DNA of 57,209 nucleotides, taken from the NCBI GenBank assembly GCA_000934665.2, contig KZ538634.1, forward strand, positions 1-57,209, given 5' to 3'. The translations under genes were made by a program, and so were the position numbers. The stretch is from Catajapyx aquilonaris (lineage: Eukaryota). A model generated the notes under the pieces. It was given only the letters and a program-made list of their open reading frames with translations. It was not told the DNA's origin and did not search any database. Shown here piece after piece: positions 49,101 to 57,209 of the stretch (positions are counted from its first letter, which is position 1; every line of letters starts with the position of its first letter).

Positions 49101-50062
49101 CAGGGCATTTGACTGAGGTCAAATCTAACATCTTATCAGATGGTTTTTTTCCGGTATTAGTCCCGGAACCGGCGAGAACATGGGAATTGTCACTGAATTG
49201 AAGCTACAGGAGGCAGAGATTGTCATTGCCCACCTTCGAGATCAGAACTTGGTGTCAGTTTTCAATTTTCTAATGTTTAAGCTTTAATGCAAATAATAAC
49301 ATTAATTTGATTTTAGAGGCAAATAAACATTAACTTAAATTAACAGCTTTTAATTTGCGTCGGCCGAGTGATAATAATTTTACCCAGATTTTACCCTAAT
49401 GACACTGCAATGTCTTTAACTCGTCCACAGCAAAGTCCACATGCTGATCTTCAGCCATCCCCCCCGTACCCTCCCCCAAACTCCCCCGCTTCTTCGTCAT
49501 CTTCATCCGACTCCGACTCTGCACCTTCCCCTCTCCCNCCCCCCCCCCTCTCCTCTCCCCAAATCCCCCGTCTCGCCAGAGAGATTGTTGTATGGAGAAT
49601 AGCACTTTCCGAGGGAAGGCAACTCTGCAGTCCCAGGGACCACCAAGGTTAATGTCAAGTATGATTTTCATACCACGTTTTTGCAATATTTTTTTTCATT
49701 GCAATAATGATGCTTTACCATCTGCTTTAGATGCGGCTTGTGCTACCGGCAACCAGGGCCGAGTCACTTCTGCCTCGGACAGCCAGGGCCGAGCTTCTTC
49801 TGCTGCAGACAGCCAGGGGGGTTATGCTGGTCGAGCCTCAACGAGAGTGAGAAAGCTGCGCAGGGGAATGACGTCAAGGGGGCGGAGCGTAGGCCCTTCG
49901 CTGCTGGGGTCGCACTCACGAAAGAGACCATATTCTCGTTCCCACTTCCGGATCTCACTTGCGTTGGGGAAGTGGGGTCGGAGCGAGGCTAGCATCTCCT
50001 ATCAGAGCTCGCGGCTGGCCCCACGTGACTTGTGCTGCAGTTCACCTTCGTTACGGGCTATC

Positions 50063-50291
50063 ATGGCGACCGCCAGCACGAGCAAGAAGCGTGAGCCGCG
50101 GCTGCCGAAAATTTCCCATGGCCAGCAGGAAGTCCCTCCTGTCCTACATGGAGGACAACCGACAGCTGGCCACGGGGAAGCTAGACCGCAGTTTCACAGC
50201 ACAGGTTCGCAAGGCAAGCTGGAAGACGCTGGCGGAGAAGCTGAATGCAGAGGGGTCTGGGGCAGCCAGGAACGTAGAGCGGTGGCAGAAG
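50063..50291 (+). pseudogene. Myb/SANT first exon (Harbinger accessory type); low-complexity C-terminal part possibly at 51406-51780
   Basis: LLSYMEDNRQLATGK..SWKTLAEKLNAEGSGAARNVERWQK|GTGAGA. Confidence 0.75.
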
Positions 50292-51919
50292 GTGAGAATT
50301 TTAGCCCCAAAGCACCTTGGACTTGGGGTTGGGTTGTAGGTGGAAACATTTCTCTCAAGAATGCGAGACCATTGCATGTGTGGTTAATGCAGATATTATA
50401 AACATTTAACTACATTACATGCACCTTCAAAAGTGCTTCATGGAGCAAAGCAAGTTGTAATTCAGCCAATCAGGCACTCAGCAAGATATTGTGAATACCA
50501 TAACCATTTTGACATGAAGCTCTGAATGTACCAAGTCACGTAGCGCAAGTATGCGGATTTCCTTTGTCATTTTTTTCAGCTGCAGCGGCTTTTGTAGAGG
50601 TCGTGAGCGAGTCATTGGATGGTCATGATAATTAGAGATGGGAAGGTACTTCGCCCTCTTATTGCCCGCCGGGGCGTTTTTTGCATGAGATGTTCACCTG
50701 AAAGCGATGCTGTTCTGCTGAAGGCGCAAACGAGCACAGGTCAAGGAACCCACAATGTCCCTCCTCTGACCAATGAAGAGGCGCGCGCATAATGGCAGTA
50801 ATAGGAAGCGTGATGTCAGACCCAAAGGTGGCCACTCTTGGCCTGGCACCACAAAAACAGGTAAGCATGTTGTGCACCAACTGCATGAAAATTGCCAGTA
50901 CAACAGAGGAGTAGGAACAAAAATTCAGCCTGTGTTGTAAGGGAGGGAAAGCCAGTTACTTGGTTTGCACTCATTTTCAACAACAGCCGTATACCACCCT
51001 TTGGAAAATATCACTGTGGCAGGCCTCAATCACGCATTCCTTTTCACTTACGTGTATAAATATGCCATACACTAACAAACTGATATGACAGGTTTTTCTA
51101 TGTGAAGTCCGCTGAATAATGAAAATCTTTTTAACTGGCTGTGGTTCTCATGAAGACATATTCATAGATCTTATTAGCCAGCCTTTCAATTAATTATGTG
51201 GACTTTGCATTTTTCATTGTAATGGCACCACTCCAGTGGATATAACAGCTGCATATTCCTAAAGCACTGGAAAAACTGCCCCTTCAAGTGCTACTGTATG
51301 TGCTGCAAAAAGTTGGAATTAGCCATATGGAGGTGTTACCAACATCTTGCAGCATATTGTACATAAGTTATTCTGAATTATCATATTTCATCACTTTCCA
51401 CACAGGTAGAGCCATTTGAAGATGACGACGAGCACCGAGATGGGGATGATATGACGCCACCCCCACCCCAGACTCCACCACCCTCTCCACAACAGCAGGC
51501 TTCCACTCCACCACCCCAGACTCCACCACCCACTCCACAACCGCAGGCTTCCACTCCACAACAGCAGGCACGGGGTCCAAGTAATGCAAGGGGAGCTGTG
51601 TAGTCTGCAGCGTTGGAGCAGGATCGGGACACTCACGACCGGTAGTATACTCTGAAAGAGGAGTACTACAAAAAACAACTGGCATTGGAGGAGAGGACGA
51701 CAGTGGCCCCGGAGGAGAAGGTGAAGTTGGCTAAAAGGAAGACAGTGGCACTTGAAAACCAGTCTGCTGCAAGTCAGCAGTTCACGACAGAGGAAGCCAT
51801 ATACACCACATACGAACGGGCACGTTTAAAATTCATACCGAAATGTGGCCACCGAGCAGAAGACCTTACTAATGTCGTTCTGAATACCTTGAAACATTAC
51901 GACTTGGGATATCGCTAAT

Positions 51920-52665
51920 AATGTTCTGAAGAAGGTGTCAACATACTCCACTTACTTGAAGAAAAGTCCCAAGTCCTTAGAAACTCTGAAAGCATCCCAG
52001 CTATCCAGTGGGAGAGAGCCGCCCTTAGTGCCCCTCAAGGACTGCAACACCAGGTGGAACAGCACCTTTTACATGGTGGCGAGATTCATCAAAATTGAGG
52101 AGCACATCAGGACCACAGCCGTCCTGTTAAATGCCAAGCTTCCCATTTTTGCGGAAAAAGAGATGCAAATGTGCAGGGAAGGGAACTGGTGGAAGTGCTG
52201 TGTCCCTTTGAGAAAGCCACCGTCACAATGAGTGGGGAGATTATTGTGATGTGTCAAGCCCTTACCGAAGTGTGCATCGAAATGTTGAAGAAACATTACC
52301 ACCACCTGACCCATGCTGTCGTGGTCCAGCTGAAGAAAGGCCTCTCCGACCGCTGCGGTGGCATTGAACGGGAGTGGCCCATGGCACTTGCCACCTACCT
52401 CGATCCTCGGTACAAGAACAGCGTCTTCAGCGGTACCACGAAGGAAGACGCGGAGAAAAGGATTAAGGGTCGCTTGATGCGGGCAGTACTGGCGGAGGAA
52501 CCGGTAGGCCTATCAACACAGCACAGCTGGAGCAGCCTCCTGCACAACATCGGGTGCCAAGCCGTTCTCCGGTTTCTCCCTGGCTGCGAAGATCGCCCAA
52601 AAGGTGGCCCACTTCCAGCCTACTACTACATCCCGGGAAGCAAAAGCCATCCATGAGATGCAAAG
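51920..52665 (+). pseudogene. Degenerate paralog of the BED-hAT transposase at 1556-3774
   Basis: KKSP..LVPLKDCNTRWNSTFYMVARF..HIRTTAVLL..YLDPRYK..EAKAIHEMQR|GTGATT, with the same intron position as EMKR|GTGAGT. Confidence 0.88.
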
Positions 52666-52748
52666 GTGATTATGAGAGACAGTTTTCTTCCAATAAGCCA
52701 CATGCTGCCAGAGAGTCGATACTTTTTTTTTTTGTATATATGTACTAG

Positions 52749-53139
52749 CCTTGAGAAGTTCATCGTCCCGCAGTGGCTAGTGCCCACTGGCGAGTTTTGC
52801 ACATTCAGCAAGGGGGCATCCTTGCCTCCATGGCCCGTCTAGCCCACCACTTAGCAGAGAGAGGAGGGCTGGATGTCTTGGTGCTAAGTGGTGGAACGAA
52901 TGATTTGTCCAACATCGCCACAGAAGCAGATTCCCTGGAGCGGGCGAGGGAACTGCTTAAAAAGATGAAGGAGTTTGTTACCTTATTGTAGAAGTCCATG
53001 CAGGCTTGTCGTGTGTGAGGTGCCACCAAGGGTAGACAGGGTCACACGGCAAGTCCTGCATGAGGGCCTCTGGAGATTCTTCAACCTCCGTTTGAAGATG
53101 ATGTGCCGAGACAAGAAAGTGTGCTTTATGAACATTACT
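52749..53139 (+). pseudogene. SGNH/GDSL hydrolase domain exon, frameshifted
   Basis: DVLVLSGGTNDL..RLVVCEVPPR..FNLRLKMMC..VCFMN; AG acceptor at 52748 and GTGAGT donor at 53140. Confidence 0.75.
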
Positions 53140-53257
53140 GTGAGTTTTTATTATTATAAAATTGCCATGAGAATACAATAATTTTATGAAATTTTAATTT
53201 TGTTCTACAGCACATTGCCCAAAGAATGAGCTCTTTGGTGGGAATGCGTGTCTCGAG

Positions 53258-53990
53258 ATGAAAAATAGGAGATTTCCCGAAGATCCCATTCTGGCTATTG
53301 TGAACGACACCAGCCCATACAGTGATTTTCTGATGGATATTTGTTATGACAAATTTAGGATGCATCTGTGTAGTTCCGCGCAAGTCCATGCTGAGCGTTT
53401 GTACTGCCAAACTTCTGAAGTGTCTCGGCTATCTATTGATGCCACAGGCGGCATATGGAAGAAAATTTTGAAGAAAAAAAAATGGCGAGAAGTCCTCCCA
53501 CATATTTTTCTTGTACGAGGCAGTCATTCATGATCCTTTGACAAACATGCAGTACCCTGTGTGCAGCATGCTTTCAGAGCGCCAGGACGCAGTACCCATT
53601 AGGAACTGGTTGTCAATGTTTATGAGAGAAGGTGCTTCAGTTCCTTAGGACGTTGTCATTGACATGTCTCTGACACGGCTGGGCTTGCATCAAGTGTTCT
53701 CGGATTCTACCATGGCAGCGTATCTGGAGAGGTACTCAAAAATTCTCAACCGGAAGGAGGACACGACTTCTTTGACCTTGCCCAAGAGTTACGTCAGAAT
53801 GGACGTGGCTCATTTCATGAAGGTGCTTTCCCGGCTACCGTCACTGAAAGGCATGGGGGTGATTACCCCGTACGAGGCAGTTTTACCTCAAGTGTATGGC
53901 ACTTCTCATCCAGTGTCGAGACGTAGCTGATGTCCAAGTTCTTTTAACTCACGTTTTCACAGTGGCTTTGTGTGAGACAGAAGGCGTGGA
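53258..53990 (+). pseudogene. NOF/FB-like MULE transposase fragment 2
   Basis: RLSIDATGG..HIFLYEAV..YPVCSMLSERQD..IRNWL..VVIDMSL..YVRMDVAHFMK. Confidence 0.75.
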
Positions 53991-54329
53991 CCCGGTAACC
54001 CACAGAGAACCTGCTGCACAGAATAGGTACTGGGAAAATATCAGACACCGACGAAGGTGAACTCCAGGAATTTTATATCTCCAAAAAGTGGTACATTCAA
54101 GGTGGTGCGAAACTCTTTCTTAGTGGTACAAAACTCGCCACACTCTGTAGAGTCAGATTCTAGAATCAACTGACCTAAAAAAATATACAAGTTGGAGAGA
54201 TACAAAACTCTTTCTTGTGGGTCAGCACCAGGTTGCGCATATACAGTTGCAGTGCTGTCTAAAATCCCCAAATGAAGTGAAGTTGTGATGGTGCTGAACA
54301 GAGGCGCCATGCATCACCCAGACAGTCCC

Positions 54330-55270
54330 ACAACTTTGTCTGCGAGCGAAACAGTAAGCAGAGCGACTTCCTCAGCAATGGTCACAACAAGGCTCGCCTC
54401 ATCGAACTCTTGATGGAAAGTTTCCAGGAGATCGGTGTCACTGTGTGTCAAGCAGATACAGATACTTTCATCGTCCGTACCGCACTGGAGAAGTGCAGTC
54501 GAGGACGAGACGTCACGGTGATCTCAACAGACACCGACGTCCTTGTCATGCTTGTGGCTCGCTCAGAGGAAGCCAGCCAGAGGTCTGACGATTATACATC
54601 CAGGAACCAGCTCAGTGCCAGGAAAGATATTCCTTCCATCGAGAATCCAAGATGAGGTTGGCGCCAAGAAGAATAGCTTGCTTTTCTATCACGCTATCGC
54701 TGGTTGTGATACCACTTCCGCAATCTTTAGGAAGGGGAAGGTCTGGACATCGCTTGACAGGAATGAAGAATTGCGAGATTGCGCAGCTGTGTTTAACAAT
54801 TCATCGGCTAAGAAAGAGGACGTTATTGCAGCAAGTGAGAGGTTCGTAATGATATACAGCAGCGAGGATTTCAACAGAACTCCGCCACCGCATGTACTCT
54901 GTCTAGGCAGGCTGTGACAGCGACCTTCGAGCTCGCCAAATTGCCTCCGACAAGCACTCACTTAGGACCTACTTACAAGCAAGTCTGAATTGCGCGCTAA
55001 AATGACGTATTGTTGAGATTATACATTCCGACTTTCGCTATTTGCTTCAGGTCCAGGTTGATTGATTGATTGATTGATTAATGGTTTAATGGCGCAACAG
55101 CAGCAATGGCTATACTGCGCCAAGCACCTGTGACGTTGTAGGGGGTCCAGGAATGGTCCATTGTGCCCCTCTGACTGGGGTTGGCGTCAGGTGCAGCAGG
55201 ACTTGGTGCCAGTTCATACACATCTGCCTCCGGCTCCAGAGTCATTATTGAATGATATATCGTGCGGGAA
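54330..55270 (+). pseudogene. Academ transposase C-terminal (XPG-like) region
   Basis: FLSNGHNKARLI..DTFIV..VISTDTDVLVML..FYHAIAGCDTTSA..KGK..LPPTS..RTYLQ|VQEW..PSDWGW..PPAPESLL..ISC. Confidence 0.88.
55058..55143 (-). mobile_element. 3' tip of a LINE/SINE (I/Nimb-like) with (CAAT)n tail
   Basis: Reverse complement GGCGCAGTATAGCCATTGCTGCTGTTGCGCCATTAAACCATT(AATC)n; TSD GGTCCAGG (55050-55057, 55144-55151). Confidence 0.7.
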
Positions 55271-55389
55271 GATGTACCTGCCGTGCTGCTGTCTTATCAT
55301 GATCGATAATGTGTTCACACTGAATGGGCAAAAGTTGCCTTAATCAGTCCCAAGAAGAACATGATCTGGATGCTGAACAATGCGACACA

Positions 55390-56090
55390 TAAGTGCGCGT
55401 TATTACAAGTATTATGTATTCCAACGAGCCAGTACCTTTGCGGCATGCTTCATTTAAAGATGCTGTGCCAAAACACCCCTAAAAACCTTCACGGGTTACT
55501 CATATCACATTTAGATAGCAGTGACAAACACAATTATGATGCATATGAAAGAATATGCAATGAAAGTGTCATTCAACTGTTGTGTGAGGTGCCTGAGGCA
55601 AAAGCCCCACTGTTGTGTATTTAAGGTTAATGCAGCTAGTGATTGCAGCGTTCTCCGAGGCGATACTTCCCCAGCTCTGCGAGTAAGGAAGATATGGACA
55701 GTGTTTTCTTTTTCTTGAGAGCTTGAGAGATGTTGGCTGAAAACAAGCGAAAGCTACACTTAAACGGAGAACTTTAATCACCAGTAACAATTATTTGTGC
55801 ATCGAACTAAATGCCCAGTCTTGTAGTGTTAGCATTATATTCAGGTGTATGTAAATGTGAAGATGCATATTTGCCGGAGCTGCTAGGGTCACAACAATGT
55901 GAGTGACTATTTAGGGCAATGCGTAGTATGTCTAGTGTATTTTCGACGACTGTAAAATTTAGTATGTTAGCATTATTGCACAAAGTACATAGGTTAGATG
56001 TACAGATGAGAATAGCTGGGGGAGACCCCTCATTTACTGTCCCTGAAAGTCGTAAGGATAGTAAATTATGGTAACCAAGGCAACTCAATG
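55390..56090 (+). pseudogene. P-superfamily-like transposase fragment
   Basis: HGL..SHLDSSDKHNY..ERIC..RVRKIW..ITSNNYLCIELNA..PELLGSQQCE*LFRAMRSMS. Confidence 0.7.
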
Positions 56091-56429
56091 TACATACGAG
56101 TCACTTCCTGCCTGGAAGGGAAGAGATAATAGAAGCAGTTAAATGTGGTCAACATGATTCTGTGGTATTACTAGAAGCTGTAGGATTAGGCAACTACAAA
56201 AACAGTGTTTCAGTCGTTCCCTTAGTTAAACAAACACAAGAAGACAGTGTACGTGATACTACAGGATATGCCACGTTTCCCCCCGAATAAAATACATCAG
56301 ATAACAAACAACTTTTACTCATCAAACCTATGTACATTGGCAACTGTTTTTAGCACAGTAATCCGCAAACTGAGGTTTTGTGATATTACGCTTTAAGCTC
56401 TCTTTCTTCTCCCCCCCCCCCCTTTTTTT

Positions 56430-56609
56430 TCCTATTCAGTATATGCGACTTTTTTGTTTAATGAACACTCCATACTACTACAGGGAGCACAATATTATGT
56501 ATCATATGCAAGTGTAATGTATTTAATGTAAACATTGCGGGGACCTCCCCCCCTTATGTAAAGGCGGAAGCCTACCAGGGGAAAAGAAATAAACTAAACT
56601 AAACTAAAC
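56430..56609 (+). mobile_element. LINE 3' UTR with (CTAAA)n tail
   Basis: ...GGCGGAAGCC...GAAATAAACTAAACTAAACTAAAC. Confidence 0.5.
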
Positions 56610-56766
56610 AGTGTAAGTGATGAAGAGGATACATCAGACAATGAGGCGAAGAAGAAGAGACGCCCAGTGACGATGAACCACATGGCTTACGGAAGCACCA
56701 CAGAGCTGAGTTAGAGAGGTCATACTGTTGTGGAGCTCCTCTGGAGATAAGTGCAGCAGCGGTATA

Positions 56767-57060
56767 ATGGCGGCCTCCCCTTTAACTGGGGCAACACTAC
56801 GGCTGCTATTAGAGGAACACAAGTCCAGTCTATTGCTCGACTTAGAGCAACAGTTCCAAAATGAGGTAGTAGAACTACTGGCAGTGAAAGTGGATCTTAT
56901 CCACACAAAGTTGGAGCAAGTAAAAGGCATGTCAACCACCCTGGAACGTCAAGTTGGGGGGGGGGGGGGGGGGGGGNGGGGGGCGGGGGGGTTGTGGGAC
57001 CAAGTCATGGCACTGCAAAAAAAGTAATAATTGTGCAATTGTGTAATTTATATGGCATGT
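56767..57060 (+). pseudogene. Coiled-coil fragment resembling a LINE ORF1 N-terminus
   Basis: Heptad-rich ORF followed by a degraded NN..IYG motif; interrupted by a poly-G/N artefact. Confidence 0.45.
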
Positions 57061-57100
57061 CCCTGATTCTTACCAGTAATAATATTATTCATTGCACGAG

Positions 57101-57209
57101 CTGTGTCAGAGTTACGGCGACCCGACCATAAAGGCCCCGCGCCAATGTATCTCATCATCCACAATTATTCAAAGGCTAATCAAGAGCAAGAATTTACATT
57201 TACTGTCCT
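57101..57209 (-). mobile_element. Third copy of the R1-like LINE 3' end, running off the window
   Basis: Identical to 8832-8914; one mismatch to 41864-41918. Confidence 0.85.

Noticed and set aside
49592..50401. 269-aa ORF as a gene
   Set aside because: GC-rich open frame crossing several unrelated segments; the recognisable Myb exon lies mostly in another frame.
1..57209. One giant transposon, Polinton or endogenous virus
   Set aside because: No PolB, capsid, packaging ATPase or enclosing terminal repeats seen; the pieces are broken and come from unrelated superfamilies.

Overview
Eukaryotic (metazoan, insect-like) sequence with GT-AG introns, microsatellites and three N gaps; I recognise no ordinary host gene. 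The window is a dense mosaic of roughly 50 transposable-element pieces. DNA transposons: hAT, P/THAP, Tc1-mariner (DD34D, rosa-like, Sailor-like DD84E), MULE/NOF, Academ, Kolobok, EnSpm/CACTA, Harbinger, piggyBac. Retroelements: Gypsy-type LTRs, LINEs and a SINE head. Cargo-domain remnants: HECT E3, USP-like protease, YqaJ exonuclease, PHD, Myb/SANT, SGNH. By manual count about 40 recognisable pieces read on the + strand and only about 8 on the - strand; the exceptions are young TSD-flanked insertions or partner genes of probable bidirectional elements. Most pieces are short, keep their introns, lack termini and abut unrelated fragments. My main inference is a uni-strand, flamenco-like piRNA cluster (transcribed from the - strand) enriched for DNA transposons and their accessory genes. 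All family calls come from motifs read by eye; no database search was run.
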